From a virus (taxonomy: Duplodnaviria > Caudoviricetes), in IMG/VR virus record IMGVR_UViG_3300048582_000091, positions 1-55,363 of that record: a stretch of 55,363 nucleotides of DNA. One strand, 5' to 3'. Under the pieces are notes generated by a model that was given only the letters and a program-made list of their open reading frames with translations, made no database searches and was not told where the DNA came from. This document shows positions 37,390-47,013 of the stretch, piece after piece. Position 1 is the stretch's first letter; each line of letters opens with the position of its first letter. Position numbers and translations under genes: made by a program.

Positions 37390-40300
37390 TTACACTGCTA
37401 GATATCCTATAGTTATGCCCGTTAAGTTGTTTTTTGTAAATTTCAATATATTTAAACCAGATGTTTTTAAAGTTGGTGGAGACCCTTCGGCCCACACAAC
37501 ACTATTAAAGTTTTGTGTGTCTATCCCGCCGTTGGTTAATTCTAATGTCCAACTTATTGCTTTTCCGGGAATAAGGGGCACAATAAAGTCCCACGTGTTG
37601 GCAACTGTGGCGGTGTGAGTTAAATATCCGCCTAATGCTATATTAACTGAATTCGGCAAGGTAACCTCTTGCACAGTATCCATTGTATATGTCACTAAAA
37701 GACTGTCGGCATAACTTTTAGTAACTAAAGCATCGCCACTATTTCCTACCAATGCAGCATCATATTGAGCAGTGTCAGCAACCTTCATTACGGATCCTGC
37801 AGGCACTGAGATTACCATGTCAGCACCGCTTTCAACTGTTAATGTTTCGCCTGGATTTGCTGCGATCTTTCCATTAGCCGACCCGTTATCAATTATGACA
37901 GAACCAGCACCGTTGGGAGAAAGTGTAATATCCGAATTATTCGGTAATGCAGTAATTGACATGATCCCGGCGGTGCCGTTAATTACTAATCCGTCGGTTG
38001 CATTGTCGCCGATTGTTAATGAATTTGCATTATATGTTAACGAAGAATAGCCGATTACTTCGGAAGTCCCTGGGCCAGATCCTATCGCTATTTGGCCGGC
38101 TGCAACTTGTACATTATTCGGTTGCAGTGCGCTATCGGCTAATGTGCCCTGCGTAGTAGTTGCATAGAATGATGCGTAGTCATTTTCGTCAGCAGTAATT
38201 GGACCAGTGCGTCCAAATACGGATAGCACTGCATCTGGCGGAATATCAGCAGCAGTGATGAATCCAGCATCGTTGTCTAAATCACTGATAGGATCATTCG
38301 GTTGTAGTGCGCTATCAGCTAATACACCTTGCGCTGTTGTTGCAAAATCAGGAGTACTGTTTACCCAAGTATTCGTAGTGACTGTATAAGTTAGTAACTG
38401 CCCGTCTGCAGGCGTAACAATATTAACATCGGTTAAGTTGTCAATGTCTGATATTGTAGATGCAGATTGATAAGACGTCCATGTGGTACTGCCGCCCTGA
38501 ACCGATGCAAATGTTATACTTTGCGATGTCCCGGCAGTTGAAGCAGGAGCTATTGGCTTACCGATAGTAGGCCATCCTGTGTTAATTGTGTACTCGTTGC
38601 CCCTGTAGGATAAATATTTTATCGACTTGCTTACATCAGAATAAGACGGTAATATAACAGAGGTGACGTTCTGAGTTAACTCAACCGAAAACGCATCGAA
38701 GTCGGGGTCAGACATATCTAGTACACCGTTGGTGTCTACTGTTATTGCCTTAACAGGGTACGTTGTCCTGCTGTTTGTGGATCCGCTGGAAACTGTCCCG
38801 GGTGCCCAGTCAGTTCCGTTCCAAATTAATGCCTGCCCATTTGCAGGGGCAACTGTGGCAGTATCTACATCAGATAGTGCATTGATTGAGCTAGTCGGTT
38901 GTAATGCGCTATCAGCTAATACACCTTGTGCAGTAGTCGCATAGAAAGCAGCATAGTCACTTGCTTCTGCTGTGATTGCGCCAGTGCGTCCGAAGACTGA
39001 TGGTACTGCATCAGCGGGTACCTCGGCAAGCGTAATATAATTTTCATCATTTGTTAAGTCACTAATGTTATCGCCCGGTTGCAAAGCAGAGTCTAAAGCG
39101 ATTTTATCGGTGTTAGACATCACACCTGCTTGTACACTTGTTGCAGCAGTTATCGTGGTGTCGGTACCGGTGCTGCTATTTACAAACACATAAGTCGGAT
39201 TATATTCAGTTGTTAAATCAGTAGGAGTGGCTGCTGGTACTTGAGCAAGCGTAATATAATTTGCGTCATTGTTTAACAAACTGATGTTATTGCTTGATTG
39301 CAATGCAGTGTCAGCTTTTGCACCTTGTGCAGTAGTTGCATAGAAAGCAGCATAGTCGTTTCCGTCGGCTACGATTGCGCCAGTGCGACTAAAGACACTA
39401 CTTACGGATCCTGCACCACCGCCGATACTATCAGCATAACTCTTAGTAACAAATGCATCTCCGCTAACATTAGTTGCTAATGCGTTGTTGTAAGATGTAA
39501 GATCATTTACTGTTACTAATGCAGCGAAAGGTAAATCAAATACAACACCGTTTACATTAGTTTTTAAAATCATACCGGTGTCGCCGGTAATCGACAATGC
39601 ATTGCCTGTACTAGCCTCAATTACACTATCGCCAGAACCGACATTAATTGTTACATCGCCTGTGGTAGCATTAATAGCTACGCCAGCATCACCTGTGATG
39701 GTTATTGTTTCGCCTACACCCGATGTAATAGTACTAGATCCGGACCCGGCATTGATTGCCACATCACCTGTAGTAGCATTAATAGCTACTCCAGCATCAC
39801 CTGTGATGGTTATTGTTTCACCGGAACCGGAAGTAATAGCACCAGGGCCGGAGTTACCGACACTAAGACTGTTTACGGTACTGTCAAAGGTAAGCGACGA
39901 GCTACTTGCAATCTCATTGTTTGAGTCACCGAATGCGATTTGTGATTCGGGTAATAGCACAGTGGCAGAACCGCCACTAGAGCTAATAATTAACTTATCT
40001 GTATTAGTATCGTGTACAAGTGTAACATTTGTGCCTGCTTCTAAGAAATCTAATATTATATCTTGTGTGCTTGCTACCGAATTATCTAACTTGGCTTTAT
40101 CTGACGCAGACATTACCCCAGCAAGCGTTGTAGTGGCTACTGTTAGTGTTGCAGATGTGCCTGTGCTAGATGTTATCTCAACAGTGTCTATAGTTCTAGT
40201 ACCTTGCGCTAAATTTGTTGCAGTAACTCCGCCAGCAGCACTAATAGTCAATGTGTTAGCAACATCGTCGTAAACTAATGTAATATTACTCCCTGCTACT

Positions 40301-40737
40301 AACAGACTAGCAGTGGCATCTTGCGCTGCTTCTGCAAAATCGCTAATAGTAGAAGCTACTTGTGTACCGGTTTGATTTGCACGATCTAACAGAAATGCAT
40401 TAGTCTGATTAGCAGTAGCACCAGGCTGAATGGTTAACAGCTTAGAGTGTTCTGATGCTGACATTACCCCTGCAGATACAGGGTTAGCAGATTGTAGGGT
40501 AACCGATGTTCCGGTGCTTGAGTTTATAACTACGCTATCGCCTGCAATTGTGCCTAAGGATAAGTTAGTGGGCGGAAAAGGCGGTAGAGTTTCATTTGTC
40601 CATACTAGCGCAGTGCCGTCAAAAGTTAAAACCTGACCGTCTTCAATGGGTGCAGTAAGTATCACATCGGATAAACCACTGAGCGACCCCGATGTTGATA
40701 AAGGCGTAATTATAATTCCTTCCATTCTAACTGTCAT
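37390..40737 (-). CDS. large repetitive fibre / virion structural protein
   Basis: 1115 aa Thr/Ala/Ser/Gly-rich; three SVF(G/S)RTG.I.A...YATTxQG..AD.ALQ repeats; three INSSTGT...AGVMS repeats. Confidence 0.75.
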   Translation of the reverse strand: MTVRMEGIIITPLSTSGSLSGLSDVILTAPIEDGQVLTFDGTALVWTNETLPPFPPTNLSLGTIAGDSVVINSSTGTSVTLQSANPVSAGVMSASEHSKLLTIQPGATANQTNAFLLDRANQTGTQVASTISDFAEAAQDATASLLVAGSNITLVYDDVANTLTISAAGGVTATNLAQGTRTIDTVEITSSTGTSATLTVATTTLAGVMSASDKAKLDNSVASTQDIILDFLEAGTNVTLVHDTNTDKLIISSSGGSATVLLPESQIAFGDSNNEIASSSSLTFDSTVNSLSVGNSGPGAITSGSGETITITGDAGVAINATTGDVAINAGSGSSTITSGVGETITITGDAGVAINATTGDVTINVGSGDSVIEASTGNALSITGDTGMILKTNVNGVVFDLPFAALVTVNDLTSYNNALATNVSGDAFVTKSYADSIGGGAGSVSSVFSRTGAIVADGNDYAAFYATTAQGAKADTALQSSNNISLLNNDANYITLAQVPAATPTDLTTEYNPTYVFVNSSTGTDTTITAATSVQAGVMSNTDKIALDSALQPGDNISDLTNDENYITLAEVPADAVPSVFGRTGAITAEASDYAAFYATTAQGVLADSALQPTSSINALSDVDTATVAPANGQALIWNGTDWAPGTVSSGSTNSRTTYPVKAITVDTNGVLDMSDPDFDAFSVELTQNVTSVILPSYSDVSKSIKYLSYRGNEYTINTGWPTIGKPIAPASTAGTSQSITFASVQGGSTTWTSYQSASTISDIDNLTDVNIVTPADGQLLTYTVTTNTWVNSTPDFATTAQGVLADSALQPNDPISDLDNDAGFITAADIPPDAVLSVFGRTGPITADENDYASFYATTTQGTLADSALQPNNVQVAAGQIAIGSGPGTSEVIGYSSLTYNANSLTIGDNATDGLVINGTAGIMSITALPNNSDITLSPNGAGSVIIDNGSANGKIAANPGETLTVESGADMVISVPAGSVMKVADTAQYDAALVGNSGDALVTKSYADSLLVTYTMDTVQEVTLPNSVNIALGGYLTHTATVANTWDFIVPLIPGKAISWTLELTNGGIDTQNFNSVVWAEGSPPTLKTSGLNILKFTKNNLTGITIGYLAV
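39653..39822 (-). repeat. near-identical 62-bp direct repeat with 108-bp (36-aa) period
   Basis: 39653-39714 vs 39761-39822, both encoding GETITITGDAGVAINATTGDV. Confidence 0.85.
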
Positions 40738-42107
40738 TATTTTAATCCTTTTGTAAGTTGGTCTATGATTCTAGCTTGTTCAGCAATTATGATTGCTTGC
40801 CTCTTGCTCTCTTCTTTTAACTCTTTGATTGCCTCGACTAACAAACCTGCTAAATTACCGTAAACAATAGCTAATGTTTTATTTTCGTCATTTCCTTCTA
40901 TAACTGCTTCTGGCAATACCTTTTGTACATCTTGCGCAATGAGGCCGGTTTGACGCTCTCCTGATTCAATTCTGTCGTACACTACTCCGGTTAACTGCGA
41001 AACCTTGTGTAATGCATCGGTGATAGTTTTTATGTTAGTTTTTAAACGTATGTCGGAATAGGCACCGACGTCGCCGGTGGCAACAAAGTTTGCAGGAGCA
41101 GCATCGGATGAGCCGGTTAATACTAACCCGTTTCCTTCGTGTTTAAGCGCACATGCTGTTGCACCCGGTCGATGGAAACCTATAACCGCGTCGCCGATTG
41201 CGTCGCCGGAGCTAATTTCCAATTGACTGTTAGTGTATGACCCGGCGGTACCGATTACCTTACTGATAGTTAGTTTTCCGATTTTAGTAGTGTCGCCGGT
41301 GTTAGGTACATAACCAGATAGCGCAGTCGATATTGCCGATGCTACAAATGCCGTGTTTGCTATTTGCGTAGTATTGTTACCGACCGAAGGGGTAACAGTG
41401 GTAGGTGTGCCGGTAAATGCAGGCGATGCTTTCTTAGCATAGAAAATCCCTAAGTTTAAAGGATTAACTGCAAGTATTGCACTTGTTGCATTGTTAGTTT
41501 CTGCACCGGTAGCTAATCTCACTGCACCAGAAACAGTCTCGCTAGAAGTAGCCAACGCAACAGTGGATGCCGATGTTATTCGACCTTTATTATCTACTGT
41601 CAATACAGGTATATTCGATCCAGAGCCGTATACTCCTGCGGTTACTCCACTAATAGGTAGTCGTGCTGCATCTAATGTTCCAGCATTAATATTAGTAGCG
41701 TTTCTATAAAAACTCGAGTTTTGACCGTCTAAGAAAGTTGCATTGACTGTGTTAGCAGCATTGTTAGCTGTTAACGTGCCTGTGACTGTTAAGTTAGTTA
41801 CAGTTAAGTTAGCGGAAGTCGATCTAAGTACAGTGTTGTCTACTGCAACACCCGTTGCGTTTACTACAATGCCGCCTGCTGGTGCTGCCACTACACTTAA
41901 TGTTTTATCTAACTGAAAGAAAGATTGATTTAGTCCATTGCCGGCGATCAGGCTAACGTTTTTCCACGCAGGTACAGTAGCATCGTAAGTTAAAATATCA
42001 TTCTCAACTGGATTCGATATTATTACATCGTATAGGTCATCTATGCTGCCGCTTGTACCAGATCTCGGTGATACATTTAGTGATCCTCCTGAAAATTTAA
42101 GTCCCAT
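40737..42107 (-). CDS. second, shorter tail fibre with S74 intramolecular chaperone
   Basis: SDIRLKTNI...TGLIAQDVQKVLPEAV; shares modules with 35134-37326; ATG 42107 after GGAG. Confidence 0.85.
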   Translation of the reverse strand: MGLKFSGGSLNVSPRSGTSGSIDDLYDVIISNPVENDILTYDATVPAWKNVSLIAGNGLNQSFFQLDKTLSVVAAPAGGIVVNATGVAVDNTVLRSTSANLTVTNLTVTGTLTANNAANTVNATFLDGQNSSFYRNATNINAGTLDAARLPISGVTAGVYGSGSNIPVLTVDNKGRITSASTVALATSSETVSGAVRLATGAETNNATSAILAVNPLNLGIFYAKKASPAFTGTPTTVTPSVGNNTTQIANTAFVASAISTALSGYVPNTGDTTKIGKLTISKVIGTAGSYTNSQLEISSGDAIGDAVIGFHRPGATACALKHEGNGLVLTGSSDAAPANFVATGDVGAYSDIRLKTNIKTITDALHKVSQLTGVVYDRIESGERQTGLIAQDVQKVLPEAVIEGNDENKTLAIVYGNLAGLLVEAIKELKEESKRQAIIIAEQARIIDQLTKGLK

Positions 42108-42135
42108 AACCACTCCATTAAAACAGTAATACTCA

Positions 42136-42171
42136 TATTTATCTAATTCTTATTATTATTTTAGATAAATA
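42136..42171. promoter_or_regulatory. divergent putative late promoters
   Basis: GATAAATA on - at 42136-43 and on + at 42164-71. Confidence 0.65.
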
Positions 42172-42176
42172 TTGTT

Positions 42177-42464
42177 ATGAAAATAGAACGATTAAACAGG
42201 TTAACCGACGCAGAATTCTCAGGGTTGTCTACTACCGAATTATTTGCTCGCTTAATGTCTCATAAATTTAAGGTAGTAGCAAGGAGTCCAGAGCTACTAG
42301 AAACATTCTTAAATACACTAGAATCTTCTCTAGAAGATACGTGGTATTTCCTAAGAACACCCGGATTAGCTGCAATGTCGGGCGTAGTGTATGTATCATC
42401 GCAAGTGGATGCCAAAGAGGTGATAAGACTAAATAATGAAAACAGGAATAACAGTACTCCCTAA
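42177..42464 (+). CDS. hypothetical protein
   Basis: 95 aa ORF starting 5 nt after GATAAATA. Confidence 0.55.
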   Translation: MKIERLNRLTDAEFSGLSTTELFARLMSHKFKVVARSPELLETFLNTLESSLEDTWYFLRTPGLAAMSGVVYVSSQVDAKEVIRLNNENRNNSTP

Positions 42465-42681
42465 CTATAAAATTAATAGCGATGTCTGGTTTCCGTTAGA
42501 GATTTTTCTTTCAAACTGGCTAGCAAGTATGTGTAAAGATGAATTCACTATAGTGAAGGAGACCCGCCCTGCCGAACTGTTGCCTACATACTCTATAATC
42601 TTTGAATTGCCCGAAGATGCATCTTTTGTGAAACTGAGTGATCTCCCTGCAGATTTATCAAAATACATACGTTTCAACTAA
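42436..42681 (+). CDS. hypothetical protein (EDAxxxKL family)
   Basis: 81 aa containing FELPEDASFVKL. Confidence 0.55.
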   Translation: MKTGITVLPNYKINSDVWFPLEIFLSNWLASMCKDEFTIVKETRPAELLPTYSIIFELPEDASFVKLSDLPADLSKYIRFN

Positions 42682-42686
42682 AATTG

Positions 42687-42715
42687 TTGACAAACACTGC
42701 AAACAATGTTATAAT
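42687..42715 (+). promoter_or_regulatory. sigma70-type early promoter
   Basis: TTGACA(42687-92)-N17-TATAAT(42710-15); GATAAATA follows at 42771-78. Confidence 0.8.
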
Positions 42716-42803
42716 CTAACCTGTAATGAGCAATTTCGTCCAATTAATTCGTAATTTCTTGCACGAAAGAGATAAATAAAACTACAAACAAACAGGTAGC
42801 GAT

Positions 42804-43376
42804 ATGGATGTTCTCGTCCTAAACAAGAATGGTGAACCGCTTTCTATGATGCCTCTTTCTATGATCTCATGGCAAGTTGCTATCAGGCTTATGGCCTTAG
42901 ATAAAGTAACAGTACTGAAAGATCATGACAACTGGGTCGTTAGATCGCCGTCTATTACTATGAAAGTACCATCTGTGGTAATCTGTAGCGATTACATAAA
43001 ATGGAATAGACAAGTAAATTACAATAGAACCAACGTACTGTTGCGCGATAATTTTGCGTGTCAATATTGCGGTGCTATGCCACCTGCTAATCAACTAACT
43101 CTAGATCATGTGGTTCCTAAATCACACGGTGGTAAAACTAACTGGAAAAACGTAGTAGCTTGCTGTAAAAATTGTAACTCCAAAAAAGGTAACAATGCAA
43201 ACATAGTACCTAAGAAGATGCCGGTGCGTCCTTCTTATTACGAATTGGCAGCAAAGCGTAAAAAGTATCCAGTTAGAATTAGAGATGAATTCTGGAAAAG
43301 TTTTATAGACTGGCCGGAAGAATTAATACAAGTAACACCATATACCAACACAACAAGGAGTAACACAAATGGCTAA
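42804..43376 (+). CDS. HNH endonuclease (McrA-like)
   Basis: VLVLN N-terminus, RDNFACQYCG, TLDHVVPKSHGG, NVVACCKNCNSKKG. Confidence 0.92.
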   Translation: MDVLVLNKNGEPLSMMPLSMISWQVAIRLMALDKVTVLKDHDNWVVRSPSITMKVPSVVICSDYIKWNRQVNYNRTNVLLRDNFACQYCGAMPPANQLTLDHVVPKSHGGKTNWKNVVACCKNCNSKKGNNANIVPKKMPVRPSYYELAAKRKKYPVRIRDEFWKSFIDWPEELIQVTPYTNTTRSNTNG

Positions 43377-43656
43377 GAAAAAAGCAGTAGTAGAAGAAAC
43401 CGTAACAACAACCGCAGATACCACTAGCGCAGAAGCTACCCTCGAGCCGGTACAACTGACTCTTCAGGACATGAATGCAATTGCTAACGTAATCGACCTC
43501 GCATCTCGTCGTGGTGCATTCCACGCCAATGAAATGTCGGCAGTAGGTAATGTGTATAACAAGCTGAATGGTTTCCTACAGTATGTAGCTGCTACCCAAT
43601 CTAAAGAAAAAGCAGACCAAGAATCGGTAGAAGCCGCACAGGCAGCAGCCGAATAA
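43369..43656 (+). CDS. conserved hypothetical phage protein
   Basis: AAGGAG RBS; IDLASRRGAF...EM..VG..YNKL..FL. Confidence 0.75.
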   Translation: MAKKKAVVEETVTTTADTTSAEATLEPVQLTLQDMNAIANVIDLASRRGAFHANEMSAVGNVYNKLNGFLQYVAATQSKEKADQESVEAAQAAAE

Positions 43657-43665
43657 GGAGGTCCA

Positions 43666-44433
43666 ATGGACGTTTCACGGATGAAAAAGCATACCGGAAC
43701 ATTAGTCAATACAGGTGTTAGATGTATTGTTGTGTTCCGTAAGATTCCAGGCGATGAAGAAAATTGCTTAGTTGTTGAAACAGATCGATTAAACGATATG
43801 TATCACAATAGCTTAATGGAATATGTAGCTAGCCCAGAATCTCAAAAAACAAACGAGTTTTCTGAGATTCTAAACCGCAGGACTTTTCCGGACGGACTGA
43901 ATGCTTTACAAGCGTTGCATTACAAAGGTATGCTAAGAAAGACCCCGGTGTCTAATGTTAATCTACTCCCTTTTCCGGGACAGGTATTACCATTAGCATT
44001 ACTTAACGCACAAATCGACGGCACTGTAGATCAGTACAACGACAAGGCAAAGGCGACAAAAGATGCAGAAGTAGCCGAACAGCGTAGAATTAATCCGATG
44101 AGCGATCCTACGAACCCGGAAGCAATTGCACAAGGTCTGTTATTGCAAGCCGAATTACTCGAGGCAGAGGCTAAGTCGAAGCGCAACGAAGCATATACTA
44201 TGGCTCCGCATCTTTTAGCGAAAGCACAACCCGCAGAAAAGAAAAGAGGACGCACGCCTTTGACCCCTGAGGAAAAAGCAAGAAGCCTAGAGGACCGTAA
44301 GGTTAAACGCCTAGAGCGAGATAGACAGAAAGCAGCCGAAAAGAAAGTAGCTGATAAAACAGCAGCATTAAAAAAGAAAGTTGACGATAAAATTCAACGA
44401 GATGCAGCTAGAGCAGAAAAGGCTGATGTATAA
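43666..44433 (+). CDS. hypothetical protein with basic helical C-terminus
   Basis: AGGAGG RBS; 255 aa. Confidence 0.75.
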   Translation: MDVSRMKKHTGTLVNTGVRCIVVFRKIPGDEENCLVVETDRLNDMYHNSLMEYVASPESQKTNEFSEILNRRTFPDGLNALQALHYKGMLRKTPVSNVNLLPFPGQVLPLALLNAQIDGTVDQYNDKAKATKDAEVAEQRRINPMSDPTNPEAIAQGLLLQAELLEAEAKSKRNEAYTMAPHLLAKAQPAEKKRGRTPLTPEEKARSLEDRKVKRLERDRQKAAEKKVADKTAALKKKVDDKIQRDAARAEKADV

Positions 44434-44435
44434 AG

Positions 44436-44460
44436 AAAAAGGGACTTAGGTCCCTTTTTT
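44436..44460 (+). terminator. intrinsic terminator
   Basis: AAAAAGGGAC-TTAG-GTCCCTTTTTT. Confidence 0.88.
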
Positions 44461-44524
44461 CTAATCTATTACGAAATAAATCTATTTGATAAATATTTGT
44501 ATACGCTGGTAAAAGGAGTATGCA

Positions 44525-44860
44525 ATGTCAGATAAAAAAATTCATCAATTAGATGTAAATAAGGTTCTACAAAGAATCCTGACCCCATCGGTGTTCGACA
44601 AGATAGTAAAAGAAGTCGATGCTAAAGAAATTCCAACACAGTACGTAGAACGCATAGTAGTATTTTACAAAGACGGTAATGTTGTCGAACTATCGGGCGA
44701 AGAGATTACACACCCCGTACCTGTCAATAGACATGCTACTTGGAAGAATACGGAAGATCCGTATCAGTTGATGAAAGAAGTTAAAATCTTCGTAAACACC
44801 GATCGCTTGGAAAAAGATATAAACAGCCTAGTAGAAACATATCTCGGCGGAAAATGCTAA
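44525..44860 (+). CDS. hypothetical late protein
   Basis: GATAAATA 44488-95, AAGGAG RBS. Confidence 0.7.
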   Translation: MSDKKIHQLDVNKVLQRILTPSVFDKIVKEVDAKEIPTQYVERIVVFYKDGNVVELSGEEITHPVPVNRHATWKNTEDPYQLMKEVKIFVNTDRLEKDINSLVETYLGGKC

Positions 44861-44877
44861 CCGTAGTTTGCGAGTAG

Positions 44878-44906
44878 TTGACATCGCATGCAATACGTAG
44901 TATAAT
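44878..44906 (+). promoter_or_regulatory. sigma70-type early promoter (leaderless transcript)
   Basis: TTGACA(44878-83)-N17-TATAAT(44901-06); ATG at 44913. Confidence 0.85.
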
Positions 44907-44912
44907 ATCATT

Positions 44913-45164
44913 ATGACGCTCGAATATCTATCTATAGCGAAGTTAGGCGGGACAATCATTATTCCCAACGACGGCATTCTTGCTGGAGAAATGCTCGAGC
45001 AGTTACAAACACACCGTATGCTATTTTATTCGTTGACCCGCCTAAGCGATACTACACTCAGAGCCGTGCTTATTTCTCGCGCTGTGTTATCTTTTAGTTT
45101 CGGTGATTACGCATACAACATGAAAAAAGGTGATACAGTATTCCTGGAGATAGACAATGAGTGA
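44913..45164 (+). CDS. hypothetical protein
   Basis: 83 aa, directly after the promoter. Confidence 0.6.
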   Translation: MTLEYLSIAKLGGTIIIPNDGILAGEMLEQLQTHRMLFYSLTRLSDTTLRAVLISRAVLSFSFGDYAYNMKKGDTVFLEIDNE

Positions 45165-45525
45165 CTGGCGAAATGATTTAATGATTGAATACCCCGACTT
45201 ATTTAAATACTGCTCAATTGATGTCGGTGACGGTTGGGAAAATATAATAAAAAGTCTGTGTACAATGATGACAGAATATACCCATATTGTACGATCACAC
45301 GACGAAGAACCAACCGGGCCGGTTCATTTCAGACAAATTAAAGAAAAATTCGGTACACTGAGAATATACGCAAGTAACGTCAGTGTTGTACAGGATGCAT
45401 ACATTTCCTTTGCGGAAGAAATTAGTAAACATGTATGTGAAACGTGCGGAAATCCTGGCAAAATTCGTAGTGGCGGCTGGATTAGAACATTATGCGATAA
45501 GCACGCAAATGTACAGAGTGAATAA
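45157..45525 (+). CDS. conserved hypothetical zinc-ribbon protein
   Basis: GDGW, QIKEKFGTLRIY, CETCG...GWIRTLC..H. Confidence 0.8.
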   Translation: MSDWRNDLMIEYPDLFKYCSIDVGDGWENIIKSLCTMMTEYTHIVRSHDEEPTGPVHFRQIKEKFGTLRIYASNVSVVQDAYISFAEEISKHVCETCGNPGKIRSGGWIRTLCDKHANVQSE

Positions 45526-45874
45526 TGTTGCAACATGGCGGGAAACTACCTTAGATCCTTTTATAAGTGATTACGACGACCCTGTTATTATCTCTACGCC
45601 ACGAAAATTAAGAAAAAGTGATAAAGAAAATGTCGAGCAGGATGCCCCGCGACAATCTCATGAGATTTTCGACGATGCCACACATCGATGGTATCTTACT
45701 GGCAGAGAAGATGTCACGTTGTTTAAATTGGCAAGAAATAACGATACAACTGTATGCATAGTAGAGATAAACGACTTTATTAACATGATGCAGAGTTATG
45801 CAGTATCAAAGGATTTATTCACTGGATTATCATATCACATTGCTTGCATTGGTAACGATAATCAGCATAATTAA
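45518..45874 (+). CDS. hypothetical protein (EDxxxFKL family)
   Basis: Likely GTG start at 45518 overlapping the upstream stop (ORF opens at 45383); REDVTLFKL. Confidence 0.5.
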   Translation: MNNVATWRETTLDPFISDYDDPVIISTPRKLRKSDKENVEQDAPRQSHEIFDDATHRWYLTGREDVTLFKLARNNDTTVCIVEINDFINMMQSYAVSKDLFTGLSYHIACIGNDNQHN

Positions 45875-46377
45875 TCTATTAGTATTACCCACGAAAATTT
45901 GCAGCCTTCGTTATTTAGATAATCTGTTGATTTGATAGGCACAAACGCAGGGGCTCTATGTATTTCTTTAGTCTTATCCTGCGATGTTACCGAAACTGTG
46001 CCGTCAAACACACACATGACGCCGGCTTTACCTGTTTTTCCGTATGATAGATCTAGATTCTCGCGATTAACAAGACTTTTATCCTTTTTTGTTATGCAAT
46101 AAAATTCACTGCCTGCATCGATGTTCATCACCAATTCTTTTGGTAGCGTCAACACAGAAGAATCAGTGGTGTCTCCTGCAAATCTTGTAACAAATACATT
46201 TCCTGCCAAGTCGCTGCCACTTATGCGACCTGACCTGAGTACCATATAATTAGCTTGATCTGTATTTAAAATAACATCAGAATCATTCACTATGTGGAGT
46301 AACACTTCGGATGCATGCTTGTGCCTCACAATGTTAAATTTATCGTCAGCGTACGATGTGGTTATTGAACGATTCAT
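45871..46377 (-). CDS. hypothetical beta-rich (cupin-like) protein
   Basis: AGGAG RBS; YMVLRSG...SEFYCI...CVFDGTV; resembles 24998-25537. Confidence 0.55.
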   Translation of the reverse strand: MNRSITTSYADDKFNIVRHKHASEVLLHIVNDSDVILNTDQANYMVLRSGRISGSDLAGNVFVTRFAGDTTDSSVLTLPKELVMNIDAGSEFYCITKKDKSLVNRENLDLSYGKTGKAGVMCVFDGTVSVTSQDKTKEIHRAPAFVPIKSTDYLNNEGCKFSWVILID

Positions 46378-46703
46378 ATGTCGCTCCTTTTATCTATCTT
46401 TAGTTTTATTGGGGAAACATTGAGATTAAATTTCTTTTCTAACTTCGGTACCCAATCCGGAATTGCCGGAATTGATTCTTTTATTCTCTTTGCGTGAGTA
46501 TCATACACCTTTTTACCCTTAGTAACATTCTTGAAACGTTCGTAAGAGCCTGTCAAGGAATTAAAAACTGCTATCTCCTGTTCAGGAGTAAGTGTTTTAA
46601 GGTCTGTTGGAAAATCCGTCCACGTTTCATTGCCGTCGTGGTGTTGTATTAACTTTATGGAAAGTTGCCCTTCTGCAAGTTCTTTAAATGTAATACTGTA
46701 CAT
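46374..46703 (-). CDS. hypothetical late protein
   Basis: AAGGAG RBS; GATAAATA on - at 46731-38. Confidence 0.65.
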   Translation of the reverse strand: MYSITFKELAEGQLSIKLIQHHDGNETWTDFPTDLKTLTPEQEIAVFNSLTGSYERFKNVTKGKKVYDTHAKRIKESIPAIPDWVPKLEKKFNLNVSPIKLKIDKRSDI

Positions 46704-46764
46704 TCTTAACTCCTTAGTATATAATAAGCATATTTATCTATCCGTAATAAATAGGAATTCCGAA

Positions 46765-47013
46765 ATGATCTTAATATACTTTCGTAAAAAGATGTATTGC
46801 GATAAGGTGCAAAAGGAACTCGAGGTTGCTGATATACCTTTTATTGCAAATGGTCCTGCGTTAGCATGTGATAACAGAGATGCAATTGTAGTGTTATTAA
46901 AATATCCGGACATGATTGAAAAAACCGATTTTGATTCAATATTCGTAGACAGATGGATTTCGTTAATAGAATCGTGCGACGTTCACCGTGCTAATAAGAA
47001 AAAAATATTATGA
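46765..47013 (+). CDS. small paralogous-family protein
   Basis: ATG 46765 after AGGA; CDNRDAIVVLLKYPDMIE. Confidence 0.55.
   Translation: MILIYFRKKMYCDKVQKELEVADIPFIANGPALACDNRDAIVVLLKYPDMIEKTDFDSIFVDRWISLIESCDVHRANKKKIL

Noticed and set aside
35420-40636. Long + strand ORFs opposite the fibre genes (e.g. 35420-35947, 39578-40273)
   Set aside because: They are antisense shadows of Thr/Ala/Gly-rich codons, with no RBS or promoter support.
26224-42107. Diversity-generating retroelement or invertase shufflon acting on the adhesins
   Set aside because: No reverse transcriptase, recombinase, adenine-specific template/variable repeat pair or inverted crossover sites were seen in the window.
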